In this document: piece after piece, positions 39,160 to 48,729 of the stretch | Numbering within the stretch: position 1 is the first letter of the stretch | Layout: every line of letters starts with the position of its first letter | Assembly (NCBI GenBank): GCA_027459745.1 | Contig: DAIDHL010000004.1 | Location: forward strand, 79,240-143,239 | Length of the DNA: 64,000 nucleotides | Reading direction: 5' to 3' | Source of the DNA: Candidatus Levyibacteriota bacterium | GTDB lineage: Bacteria > Patescibacteriota > Microgenomatia > Levybacterales > UBA12049 | Position numbers and translations under genes: made by a program | The notes under the pieces: model-generated | What the model was told of the DNA's origin: nothing | The model's database searches: none | What the model saw: only the letters and a program-made list of their open reading frames with translations

Positions 39160-40023
39160 CTAATTCTTTTGCGCATACTGTGTACTTACCCAACCAATTT
39201 TATTGTCCGGCAATTTAACTTCATACCATCCATTTTTTTCATCTAATAAATATAAACTATCACCCGGTTTTACCTGTTCCACTTCAGCACTATTCAAAGT
39301 CGCATCGGCCCTTACTCGTAAAAATCCGGTTGGTGTGTCTAAGATTGTAACTTTTGCAACTATGGGTGAAGGCGATAACTGTGCAGACGAAGATGCGTTA
39401 ACCGTAGCACTATTAGATGCTGAAACTGGTTGGTTAGAGGCTGCAAGATAGATTGTCGCCTGCAGTACATAACCACCAGGAGTATTTATATGCAAGGTTT
39501 TATCTGCATACCCTTTTTTCTGTACTACCAACTTATGATCTGAAGCAGTCGGGTTATTATATGAAAGAGGTGTATTACCTATCGAATTATCATCTAACTG
39601 TACATTGGCAGAACTGGGAAATGACGTAACCAACAATGAACTACTATTGGAATTATCCGCAGGATTTAACTCCAAAACACTCCCACTAGATTGTCCTGGC
39701 GGTCCAAAAGTGTAATCTAATACTGTTAAAACTCCCTTACCAATCGATATATGTTCTGCAAATGGAGCACTATTACCTTGGGTGGGTATCAAAGATATTG
39801 TGTAGCTGCCTACAGATAGTACATTTCCATTTTTTGAACTTTCGCAGCGACAAATAGGAGTGTTGCCGATGTATTTATTATTTAAATAGACTTTAGAAAT
39901 AGGTTGACTTGTTATCTGCAATTCTCCTGTACTGTTTCCTTGTCCGAAAAAAAACTGCATAGCAAAAAATATAGCTGCGGTAATTAATAATGAAAGAAAT
40001 AATACTATGACTGCTTTTTTCAT
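39160..40023 (-). CDS. secreted protein with two PEGA-like domains and a C-terminal bacterial SH3 domain
   Basis: Signal anchor; SQPISKVYLNNKYIGNTP and SFPSSANVQLDDNSIGNTP PEGA-like repeats; a C-terminal SH3b-like segment (KPGDSLYLLDEKNGWYEVKLPDNKIGWV). Confidence 0.55.
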   Translation of the reverse strand: MKKAVIVLFLSLLITAAIFFAMQFFFGQGNSTGELQITSQPISKVYLNNKYIGNTPICRCESSKNGNVLSVGSYTISLIPTQGNSAPFAEHISIGKGVLTVLDYTFGPPGQSSGSVLELNPADNSNSSSLLVTSFPSSANVQLDDNSIGNTPLSYNNPTASDHKLVVQKKGYADKTLHINTPGGYVLQATIYLAASNQPVSASNSATVNASSSAQLSPSPIVAKVTILDTPTGFLRVRADATLNSAEVEQVKPGDSLYLLDEKNGWYEVKLPDNKIGWVSTQYAQKN

Positions 40024-40114
40024 GGATAAGAGATGTTATAAATCACCTAAATTTGGAACTCTTACAACTATATCACGGAAGAAAATGTACTGGCAAGAAG
40101 CTCAAAATATTTAG

Positions 40115-42001
40115 CTATTCCCAAAGTACAAAACGCTTGGTGATTTCCTCAACCTCTGCGTTGGTGCCAAAAAAACCTATAGCATAAAGTTCTATATCTT
40201 TTTCATTTTGTATACTTATCATTTTTTCAAGTTTATCATCGTTGGTCGTCTCAATCATTTCTCTATTAAAAGCCAAAAACTGCATATTCTTTTTTTTAAC
40301 TTCACATAGAACTTCATGTAATTCTTTTTCCACCCCCTCTAGAATAATAATAGCAAATTGAGAATTTCGAGGAAGCTCTTTACCATCTTTAGTAGTAAAA
40401 TATTCTCCAGTTCCAAACTTTCCATTCATTTTATGGCCTAAATAGGCTCCCACATGAGCGGAGGCATTCATGGCTTTCCATGAAGGTAAATCTTTGCGGA
40501 CTATAACTGCGGCTTTATGCGAAAAATCTTGCGGTGTTGTCTCCTTTTGTTCTGACTTTATTTTCTGAGCTTCATCTTGTTTCATCGTGGGGAAAAAGAC
40601 CATCTCTCTTACAGGTCTATCTACTAGCATACTAAACAATCTTTCTGAAATTCCAAATCCAGCAGCTGGTGGCATGCCATACTCCAGCGCTTCGACATAA
40701 TCTTCATCCATCATCTGAGCCTCTTCGTCTCCTTGTTCTCTTAGATTCATCTGCTCTTCAAATCTTTCTTTTTGGTCAATTGGATCATTTAATTCAGAAA
40801 AGCCTTTACCTAGTTCTGAGCCCATGGCTAGAATTTGTGTGCGTTCTACTAGGTGCTCACGACCAAGAATACGCTTGGCCAAAGGCTCTACTTCAACTGG
40901 ATGATTTAAAACAAACATCGGCTGTATCAACCCCGGTCTAATAGTTTTTTTATATAAATAATCCAGTAATCTACCTTTCCCCAAATTAGGTTCTACTTCT
41001 ACTTTTAACTGCTTGGCCAAAATATATAATTCTTCTACTGTCATTTTTTCCGTATCCACATTCCAATATTCGTTTAAAAGCTCTGTATATTCCTTACGTG
41101 GCCAATTACCAGACCAATCAATACTTTGATCATGCCAGGTAGTTTGTAAACTGCCGAAAGTTTTTTGAATTACGTTTTGGTACATATCCTGCAAGAAATC
41201 CATCAACTGATTATAATCCGCATAAGCCCAATAAAATTCTAGCTGAGTATAATCTTGTAAATGCTCATCGTCGATACCCTCATTGCGAAAAATTCTGCCA
41301 ATTTCAAATACTTTTTCAAATCCTCCCACTAATAACCTCTTTAATGGCAGCTCCAACGAAATCCGTAGATATAAATCCATATTTTGCGCATTATGGTGAG
41401 TAATAAATGGCCTTGCATCTGCACCACCCGGAATAGATTGTAATACTGGAGTTTCAACTTCCAAAAATCCCTTATCAATCATATATTGCCGCATACTTTG
41501 CCAAAAAATAGTTTTTTGTTTAAACAGTTCACGTAGTTCTGGATGCATTAACAAATCCAGATAACGCTTCCGCAATAAAACTTCTTTATTTTTTATATCA
41601 TAAAACTCACTAGGTAAAGGTAATAAGGCTTTAGTTAATAATATAAATCTATTAGGCGCGATTGATATCTCTCCAGCCATCGTCTTCACCACTCCACCCT
41701 CAACACCAATATAATCACCGATATCCAGTAGATTTAAATGTTTATATAAATCACCTAGTAATTTCTTCTGGAAAAAAAGTTGGATTTTGCCTGTTTCATC
41801 TTTTAAATCTGCAAAAGCAATATTTCCATGTGTACGAAAAGAGAATAATTTACCCGCTGTTTTAACGACCTTTCCTTCCATACCTAGGCATTGAGCAACT
41901 GTCTGCTGCTTATCATATTTATGGGCATAGGGGTCCCAACCAAGTGCTTTAATTTTGGCTAATTTATCGATCCTTGCTTGCTTAAAATTTACTTCATCCA
42001 T
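40115..42001 (-). CDS. lysS: class II lysyl-tRNA synthetase with a roughly 140-aa C-terminal DUF2000-like (PTH2-fold) extension
   Basis: OB anticodon-binding domain plus class II motifs 1-3. After the core ends (VFFPTMK) there is an additional domain beginning KAAVIVRKDLPSWKAMNASAHVGAYLG, resembling DUF2000. Confidence 0.9.
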   Translation of the reverse strand: MDEVNFKQARIDKLAKIKALGWDPYAHKYDKQQTVAQCLGMEGKVVKTAGKLFSFRTHGNIAFADLKDETGKIQLFFQKKLLGDLYKHLNLLDIGDYIGVEGGVVKTMAGEISIAPNRFILLTKALLPLPSEFYDIKNKEVLLRKRYLDLLMHPELRELFKQKTIFWQSMRQYMIDKGFLEVETPVLQSIPGGADARPFITHHNAQNMDLYLRISLELPLKRLLVGGFEKVFEIGRIFRNEGIDDEHLQDYTQLEFYWAYADYNQLMDFLQDMYQNVIQKTFGSLQTTWHDQSIDWSGNWPRKEYTELLNEYWNVDTEKMTVEELYILAKQLKVEVEPNLGKGRLLDYLYKKTIRPGLIQPMFVLNHPVEVEPLAKRILGREHLVERTQILAMGSELGKGFSELNDPIDQKERFEEQMNLREQGDEEAQMMDEDYVEALEYGMPPAAGFGISERLFSMLVDRPVREMVFFPTMKQDEAQKIKSEQKETTPQDFSHKAAVIVRKDLPSWKAMNASAHVGAYLGHKMNGKFGTGEYFTTKDGKELPRNSQFAIIILEGVEKELHEVLCEVKKKNMQFLAFNREMIETTNDDKLEKMISIQNEKDIELYAIGFFGTNAEVEEITKRFVLWE

Positions 42002-42039
42002 TGTTGTATTGTAACTTATTTTTTGCTATCACACAATTT

Positions 42040-42666
42040 TTATTGAGGTAACACAATTTTCTCCGAGCATACTAATTCTATATCCAAATATGAATGATAA
42101 TATAACTGATAATAATCTGCAAAAGCACTAAACTCACATAGAGAATAAATCTTCTCTGCGTCGCTGATTCCTATATTCAATGCTACAATTTCTTTACTAT
42201 TGTTTGTTAATATTTTCTTTAAATTAGCTAGGGCTTTTACTGGAGGATTGTTTTTTAGCTCTTGCTTTAATAAATTCCATATTTTTTCTGATCCAATTCC
42301 TCCCTCTACCTTAGGCACAGACACACCACGTAAAAGTCCATTAAAAACAAATGCATATTTGCCATCTACATATGGTTGATTAAATTCAATATTATTTTTA
42401 TGTTTAGCAAACGACGCGCTACGGGCATGCGCTACCAATAATTTGCATTTAGGTACCTTTTCAAACATCTTCCTATCTTTCCATATCGGAGAGAGTGATT
42501 TAATAACGTTCCATTTATTATTCTCCCCAATCCATGCCACACCCCAACCATCCGCTTGTCTATCTCCATCCGGGGATCTGCTTTTTTCAGCTAAATCGGC
42601 AAATTTATTAATTACAATTGAAGAATCAATAAGATTATTAGATTTTAACAATAGGAATCTACACAT
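42040..42666 (-). CDS. class-II glutamine-amidotransferase-like Ntn hydrolase (EgtC/YafJ family)
   Basis: Begins MCRF, so the Cys is expected to be the N-terminal nucleophile after Met removal. The DGWGVAW, PIW, AHARSAS and FVFNG motifs parallel EgtC/YafJ. Confidence 0.6.
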   Translation of the reverse strand: MCRFLLLKSNNLIDSSIVINKFADLAEKSRSPDGDRQADGWGVAWIGENNKWNVIKSLSPIWKDRKMFEKVPKCKLLVAHARSASFAKHKNNIEFNQPYVDGKYAFVFNGLLRGVSVPKVEGGIGSEKIWNLLKQELKNNPPVKALANLKKILTNNSKEIVALNIGISDAEKIYSLCEFSAFADYYQLYYHSYLDIELVCSEKIVLPQ

Positions 42667-42671
42667 AAAAT

Positions 42672-43835
42672 TTAATCTATACCTTTTAATACTTTTATCA
42701 GCTTTTTAATAGCAAAATCAGAATCTTTTTTAGTTAAAATGTACGGCGGCAAAAATCTTATAACATTTTCTCCAGCCGGAATTACTAACACATTTTCTTC
42801 TTGGAGTTTTTTTAAGATTATATTTCTTTGATCTTTATTTACTACTAATCCAATCATTAGGCCCTTCCCTCTGACTTCTAAAACAACCTTGCTCTCAATC
42901 ATTCTTAGTTGTTGCAACATATATTTACTAATTGCACTTATATGAACTAGCCTTGCCTTATCCAATAGACGAAGAGTACTAATAATTCCCGCACATGCTA
43001 ATGGATTACCACCAAATGTAGAACTGTGAATATGTTTAGGAATTGCGGATGCAATTTCTTCAGAAATTATTGTTGCACCAACCGGTATTCCTCCTGCCAA
43101 ACCTTTACCCAAACATAAAATATCTCCTGCCACCCCTTCACTTGCCAAAAATTTACCTGTTCGACCCAATCCTGTCTGAATTTCATCAATAATTAAAAGT
43201 ATACCTTTAGTCTGGCATACTTCTTTAACTTTGTATAAATAATATTCATCTGGTACATATATTCCTCCTTCTCCCTGAATTGGCTCGACAATAAAAGCAG
43301 CTGTATCTTTATCAATTTCTCTTCGCAAAGCATCGATATTATTAAAAGGAATTGATACAAAATTCCACAATAGAGGCATAAAAGGCTGCTTATATTTCTC
43401 ACCGCTAGTGGCAGATAATGCACCCAATGTCTTACCGTGATATCCATTCTCACAAACAATAAACTTCTTCTTACCTGTCTTTAAAACGGCAAATTTTAAC
43501 GCCGTTTCTATTGCCTCTGCACCCGAATTACTCAAATAAACCTGCTCATACTTCTCACCACACCTTTTTATTAATTTTTCAACTGCCCGAGCTCTAGTAT
43601 CACTCGTAAAGCTCGCATGAAGTGTGCTTATCTTATGCAGTTGAGCAGTTAACGCTGAATTAATTTTCTGATTATTATAGCCGAATATGCTAACACCATA
43701 ATTCGACATTAAATCTAGATATTTTTTCCCATTATCATCATATAGATATACCCCCTTACCTTTAATCAAATTTAAATTACGATCTACATAGGTATTTACT
43801 GAATATTTTTGTTGTAAGTAATTAGCAATCTTCAT
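42672..43835 (-). CDS. argD: class-III PLP aminotransferase, acetylornithine / LysW-gamma-lysine aminotransferase (ArgD/LysJ)
   Basis: Full class-III aminotransferase length, a DEIQTGLGRTGK PLP-lysine region, and ArgD-like motifs. Confidence 0.85.
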   Translation of the reverse strand: MKIANYLQQKYSVNTYVDRNLNLIKGKGVYLYDDNGKKYLDLMSNYGVSIFGYNNQKINSALTAQLHKISTLHASFTSDTRARAVEKLIKRCGEKYEQVYLSNSGAEAIETALKFAVLKTGKKKFIVCENGYHGKTLGALSATSGEKYKQPFMPLLWNFVSIPFNNIDALRREIDKDTAAFIVEPIQGEGGIYVPDEYYLYKVKEVCQTKGILLIIDEIQTGLGRTGKFLASEGVAGDILCLGKGLAGGIPVGATIISEEIASAIPKHIHSSTFGGNPLACAGIISTLRLLDKARLVHISAISKYMLQQLRMIESKVVLEVRGKGLMIGLVVNKDQRNIILKKLQEENVLVIPAGENVIRFLPPYILTKKDSDFAIKKLIKVLKGID

Positions 43836-43837
43836 AG

Positions 43838-44641
43838 TTAAAAAATTATTGTTCCAGCACCACTTAAAGCTTTTCTCAGCGGGAAATCAACTCTCCCATC
43901 ACCCCAGTACATTATTTTTAAACCTGCAGTAAAAGCATTTTCTGCACCTAGTAATTTCTTTTTCATTCTTCCCTGCGCAAACTGTAAATAATTATGCAAC
44001 TCTTCTCTATTCATTTTCCTGATTAAACTTTTTGGATCATCGACGTCACGCAATAAACCTGGCGCTGCAAACAACGATATCATTTTTTTTATTTTTAAAT
44101 CTTCAACCATAACCGCCGTAGCAAAATCATTATCGGTATTCACAATTTGACTTTCTTCACTAATCGCCGGTGGACAAATAACCGGAGTATACTTATACCG
44201 CACCAATAAATTTATTAAATGTTTGTTTGTTTTTACGACTTTACCGGTCAGATTATCTGTTATTAATTTCGTCTTGCCTTCTTCCACTGAGTAAACTGCA
44301 TCTTTTCTTTTCGCCTCCCATAATCTGCCATCAATACCTGACAAGCCAATTGCATTGACTCCATATTTTTGCAAATTTGCAACAATCCTTTTATTAATCA
44401 ACCCTGCATATGCCATCAAAAAGATGTCTATTGCTTCCTGGTCAGTATATACACTACTTACACCGGATGGAGAGATTAGAACCCTTGTCGGTGACTTTAA
44501 ACTTCTAGCTATTTCGTCTCGAGTTTCGCTTGCTCCATGCACGATAATTACTTTTTCCTTTTTCTCCACCAGTTCAGCTATATCTTTGCAGACATTATCA
44601 ATATTAAGTTCTTTCCCACCGCCGATTTTAATAAGAATCAT
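43838..44641 (-). CDS. argB: amino-acid kinase family, acetylglutamate / LysW-aminoadipate kinase (ArgB/LysZ)
   Basis: Starts MILIKIGGG with an AAK-fold pattern; it lies between the aminotransferase and the HMGL-like gene. Confidence 0.8.
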   Translation of the reverse strand: MILIKIGGGKELNIDNVCKDIAELVEKKEKVIIVHGASETRDEIARSLKSPTRVLISPSGVSSVYTDQEAIDIFLMAYAGLINKRIVANLQKYGVNAIGLSGIDGRLWEAKRKDAVYSVEEGKTKLITDNLTGKVVKTNKHLINLLVRYKYTPVICPPAISEESQIVNTDNDFATAVMVEDLKIKKMISLFAAPGLLRDVDDPKSLIRKMNREELHNYLQFAQGRMKKKLLGAENAFTAGLKIMYWGDGRVDFPLRKALSGAGTIIF

Positions 44642-44644
44642 AAT

Positions 44645-45898
44645 TTAGGACACTTGACGCATCTTGTTGCTATTATATTCAGAGCCGACTAAAAACCTCG
44701 CTGCTACATCTTTTAATACTGATTCACATGAATTGTTTTTATTCATCCTGGGAGTCTCGTCTTTATATGCATTAGTAATCGCTTGTGCTAGATGATCACT
44801 TACAGAATACCCCCGTTGAGATAAATATTGCTGTATATGATGCCAGCCAACATAAGGGGTAAGAATAAATTGATTTTCTGGAACGCCGAATACCGAAAAA
44901 TCGATAGACCGATATGCATCGGGATTTTTTATAACTGCATCTGTATGTACTCCCGCAGCATGAGTGGTACTGTCCTCAGACACCAACTCAGACTCTGGGA
45001 TCGGAACACCTGCTATCTTACTCATTAGTTTATTTAGTTTATAAGTAAGGTTTAAATTAAAATCTTTTAGTAGTGCAGGATTTAGTTTATGAAGTCGAAC
45101 TAGCAAATTCCCAAATGATGTAATACCCGTTCTTTCTGCCCATCCCCAAATTGTTGTATCAATAAATGATATACCATACTTAGCCGATGTTATGGCATTA
45201 TGTAGTGTTTCGCCGCTGTCTGCATGAAAATGTCCTTCCAAATGTGTGTTTGGATATCGATCTCTCATTTCTTTGATAATTTGTCTTATAAAATCATCTG
45301 TCGCGACACCAACGGTGTCTGGTATACCAAAGGTTTGAACATATGGCTCAGCAGCATCGAAAGCGAGATTCCTATCATTAACCTCTGATCGAAAAGCATC
45401 TTCTGTACTGTAACGAATGTATAAATCAGGATGTGAGGCACGAACATCACCTAATATTCTACCTACTCTATCTGCAACTTCTAGCGGACTTTTCTGATGT
45501 CCGGCATGTTGAGCTACTCCCATGTAAACATGGACTCCATCTACTCCCCCATCAATAGCGGCATGAAAATCATCATAATGACAACGAACATGTGCATTCA
45601 AGCGTGGTCGATCTTTTTCAGGATAATTATTTGCGTGTTCACGTAGAGCTGCTAAACTTTCTTTTTCAAGAGCATTAACATTAGGTGAAAATACCTCAAA
45701 AGTTCGCACACCAACATCATACATAGCACTTACAAGACTAATTCGCTCGTCTATGGTGAGAGTAGGTTTACCAATAAGTGCATATCGTCGGCTTTGTAAA
45801 CCATCCCTTAGACTTGTATCAATATTTGTGATATATTCCCCCGGCTTTCTTCCAAACGTAGGAAAAGATTGCTGGGATTTTGATTCGATTCTACTCAT
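44645..45898 (-). CDS. HMGL-like family synthase (homocitrate synthase / 2-isopropylmalate synthase-like)
   Basis: DTSLRDGLQ (compare canonical DTTLRDGEQ) and GHFHADSG (HxH metal site) within a TIM-barrel DRE-TIM region. Confidence 0.7.
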   Translation of the reverse strand: MSRIESKSQQSFPTFGRKPGEYITNIDTSLRDGLQSRRYALIGKPTLTIDERISLVSAMYDVGVRTFEVFSPNVNALEKESLAALREHANNYPEKDRPRLNAHVRCHYDDFHAAIDGGVDGVHVYMGVAQHAGHQKSPLEVADRVGRILGDVRASHPDLYIRYSTEDAFRSEVNDRNLAFDAAEPYVQTFGIPDTVGVATDDFIRQIIKEMRDRYPNTHLEGHFHADSGETLHNAITSAKYGISFIDTTIWGWAERTGITSFGNLLVRLHKLNPALLKDFNLNLTYKLNKLMSKIAGVPIPESELVSEDSTTHAAGVHTDAVIKNPDAYRSIDFSVFGVPENQFILTPYVGWHHIQQYLSQRGYSVSDHLAQAITNAYKDETPRMNKNNSCESVLKDVAARFLVGSEYNSNKMRQVS

Positions 45899-45902
45899 AA
45901 TT

Positions 45903-46931
45903 TTAAATTGGGTGTAACCCGGTAAATGTTAAGCCCAATGCTTCTGGAATACCGAACATTATATTCATAGCCTGTACTGCTTGTCCTGCTGTTCCTTTGA
46001 CCAGGTTGTCTATTGCTCCAATAATTACTAACCTATTGGTATGTTGGTCTAATTCAAAACCAATGTCACAATAATTCGTTCCCTGTAAGATCTTTGGTTC
46101 CGGATAACGATACAATCCACTTTTCTCCTTTACAATGCGAATAAATGGCTCATTACCATACACATATCTGTAAGCATTCCAGATATCTTTTTCACTGACG
46201 TTTTTTTTAGGTTTCGCGTGAATTGTTACGAGTAATCCTCTTACCATGTCAATCGCTGTGGCTGAAATTCCCACCTTTAAACCAGATAACTCTTGTTCTA
46301 TTTCCGCAGTATGCCGATGTCCTGTAGGCATATAGGAACGAACCACTCCGGATCTTTCTGGGTGATGTGATGATAAAGATGCCCTCATTCCGGCTTGAGA
46401 ACTACTCATTTTTGCATCGATAATTACTTCATTCTCTATTAATTCATTTTTAACTAAGGGGTATAAAGAAAGAATTGAAACAGTTGCTTCACAACCTGCA
46501 CACGAAACATATTTGGCTTTTCTTATTTCTTCTCGATGAACTTCTGAAATACCATAGACAAAATCTGACAATAATTCAGGGTACGCATGTACTGTGTGAT
46601 ACCACCTAGTAAAGTTTACCTGATTATGTAGGCGAAAATCTGCACCCAAATCAATTATTTTACCAGCCAAATTTTTGAATCTGTTCATCAAACCCATCGA
46701 TACACCATTGGGTAGAGCAATAATTAAAACATCACATTTTCTTAATTGATCAAGAGAAATAAAACATATGTCAGTTGATTTTCGTAAGTTCGGATGCACC
46801 AAACTAACTGGCTGTCCCGCAAATTGACGAGATGTTACTTGATTAATATGGACTTTTGGGTGCTGAAGTAAAATACGCAAAAGTTCTCCTCCTGCATATC
46901 CAGATCCACCCACAATAGAAACCTTTATCAT
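45903..46931 (-). CDS. argC: N-acetyl-gamma-glutamyl-phosphate / LysW-aminoadipyl-phosphate reductase (ArgC/LysY)
   Basis: N-terminal Rossmann motif VSIVGGSGYAGGELLR and the semialdehyde dehydrogenase C-domain with a catalytic Cys region. Confidence 0.85.
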   Translation of the reverse strand: MIKVSIVGGSGYAGGELLRILLQHPKVHINQVTSRQFAGQPVSLVHPNLRKSTDICFISLDQLRKCDVLIIALPNGVSMGLMNRFKNLAGKIIDLGADFRLHNQVNFTRWYHTVHAYPELLSDFVYGISEVHREEIRKAKYVSCAGCEATVSILSLYPLVKNELIENEVIIDAKMSSSQAGMRASLSSHHPERSGVVRSYMPTGHRHTAEIEQELSGLKVGISATAIDMVRGLLVTIHAKPKKNVSEKDIWNAYRYVYGNEPFIRIVKEKSGLYRYPEPKILQGTNYCDIGFELDQHTNRLVIIGAIDNLVKGTAGQAVQAMNIMFGIPEALGLTFTGLHPI

Positions 46932-47776
46932 AATTTTTTATATACCTCCAAACAATAATCAATCACAGTTCCTGAAATATCTACTCCTGTTGGTTCTTCT
47001 GAGTTTTTAAATTCCATCGTATGATTAATTTCATTAACTGTATAGCCATCTGTAGTCTCAAAAATATCCATAGCTAATATTCCTCCTCCCACCGCTTCAG
47101 AAGCATTTTTAGCCAAAATTCGCAGTTGTGAATTTAATCGACAATTTGTTGCATTTCCGCCTCTGGCGGTATTAGTAATCCAGTGTTCTGACTTACGATA
47201 TATTGCACATATTGCTTGTCCATCGATGACAAACAATCGAATATCTCTCCCTGGTTTATCTATATATTGTTGAATATAAATTGGTTTTTGTTGAGGAGAA
47301 CCAAGTATATCTTTGTGTTCTATAATTGCTTCCAGACTATCGACATCATTAATCTTAGCTAACAATCGCCCCCACGAACCAAGAGTTGGTTTGATAATTA
47401 CTGGATAACCGCCTAATTGCTCACTGGCTTTTTTTGCTTCCTCCGTTGAAAATACTAAAGTAAAATTAGGTGTAGGAACGTTATTTTTTTGTAAAACTAA
47501 TGATGTTAAGAATTTATCCTCACAAATATTGGCTACTGTAGAAGGGTTTAAAACAGTAATACCTCGAGATTCCAAAAATTTAGTCGCGTAACTTCCCTTA
47601 ACGGTAGAAATACAACGTTCTAATGCCAGATCAAATTCAGGTTTATAACTTAAAGGGTTAAAATTAGCATCACGAACATCAACTAATTTAGTTTTTATAT
47701 TACGTCTAGTGGCTGCTTGCAAAAGTAGTTTTTCATCAGCACGAATAAGAGTATGTAAAATACCGAGAGTAAGCAT
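46928..47776 (-). CDS. lysX: ATP-grasp ligase of the RimK/LysX family (ligates the amino-acid substrate to LysW)
   Basis: ATP-grasp fold of LysX/RimK size (282 aa), immediately downstream of a LysW-like gene. Confidence 0.8.
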   Translation of the reverse strand: MLTLGILHTLIRADEKLLLQAATRRNIKTKLVDVRDANFNPLSYKPEFDLALERCISTVKGSYATKFLESRGITVLNPSTVANICEDKFLTSLVLQKNNVPTPNFTLVFSTEEAKKASEQLGGYPVIIKPTLGSWGRLLAKINDVDSLEAIIEHKDILGSPQQKPIYIQQYIDKPGRDIRLFVIDGQAICAIYRKSEHWITNTARGGNATNCRLNSQLRILAKNASEAVGGGILAMDIFETTDGYTVNEINHTMEFKNSEEPTGVDISGTVIDYCLEVYKKL

Positions 47777-47797
47777 ATACTTTAGCTGGGCGACGTC

Positions 47798-47980
47798 TTA
47801 CTCTCCCCAATCCTCCTCAACTTCAGGAGCCTCTTTTAAGACAGCTTTATTAGCAGTTAGGCTTTCTATCACCAAGCGTGAACGACAGTCGGTGCAAGAT
47901 ATAACTTCTGCTGGTTGTACTTCAGAAGATAATTTTGTGGTCGCATCACAAACTGGACAAACTGTAAGTATACTACTCAT
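47798..47980 (-). CDS. lysW: amino-group carrier protein LysW (zinc-ribbon protein ending in EDWGE)
   Basis: 60 aa with a CPVC...CTDC zinc ribbon, an acidic C-terminus and the terminal EEDWGE. Confidence 0.8.
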   Translation of the reverse strand: MSSILTVCPVCDATTKLSSEVQPAEVISCTDCRSRLVIESLTANKAVLKEAPEVEEDWGE

Positions 47981-48066
47981 AATATGTTTATTATATCTTT
48001 TATTAAATATTCGTCAATTTTTTCACAATCTTTGACATTTTATCAAAAAAATGTTACATTTGTAAC

Positions 48067-48726
48067 ATGATAACCACTACAGAAATAGTCAAAGAAATGA
48101 TTAAAAACTCACCTCTATTAGAAGATGGTTTAGCGAAAGGGATAATTAGTTATTCTGCTTTAGCAAGAGATATCAAACCTTCTTTGGAAAAAAAATTAAT
48201 GAAAAAAGTTACAAGAGGAGCTATTGTCATGGCCATCAAAAGATCTAGCCAAACTCTAAAACAAAATATAAATATTATTGAAAAAATTGTATCTCTAAGT
48301 AGTATCACAGTGAGATCTAATCTTACAGAATTAACCTATCATAATTCCGATACTATTGTTGAAAAGCATAAAAAACTTTTCATGCTATCTGAAAGGAAAA
48401 ATAATGCTTTATATACTCTATCTCAAGGAATAAGAGAGAGTATGATAGTTGTAGATTCTAATATGGAAAAAGATGTTGAATTAATATTAAGTGATGAAAA
48501 GCTAATAAAGAAAATCAAACATTTATCCTCTATTACTATATTACTTTCTAAGGACACTATTAATACACCAGGTGTCTATTATTCAATTCTTAAATTGTTC
48601 GCTTGGAGTCAAATTAGTGTTATTGACATGGTTTCAACTCTCACTGAATTAACAATTGTTTTAAACGATAATAATGTTGATAAAGCATTTTCAATACTTA
48701 AGAATTACAACATTCAAAAATCATGA
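48067..48726 (+). CDS. hypothetical protein, possibly ACT-domain-like
   Basis: 219 aa with a weak beta-alpha-beta ACT-like pattern; no firm family assignment. Confidence 0.35.
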   Translation: MITTTEIVKEMIKNSPLLEDGLAKGIISYSALARDIKPSLEKKLMKKVTRGAIVMAIKRSSQTLKQNINIIEKIVSLSSITVRSNLTELTYHNSDTIVEKHKKLFMLSERKNNALYTLSQGIRESMIVVDSNMEKDVELILSDEKLIKKIKHLSSITILLSKDTINTPGVYYSILKLFAWSQISVIDMVSTLTELTIVLNDNNVDKAFSILKNYNIQKS

Positions 48727-48729
48727 CTT

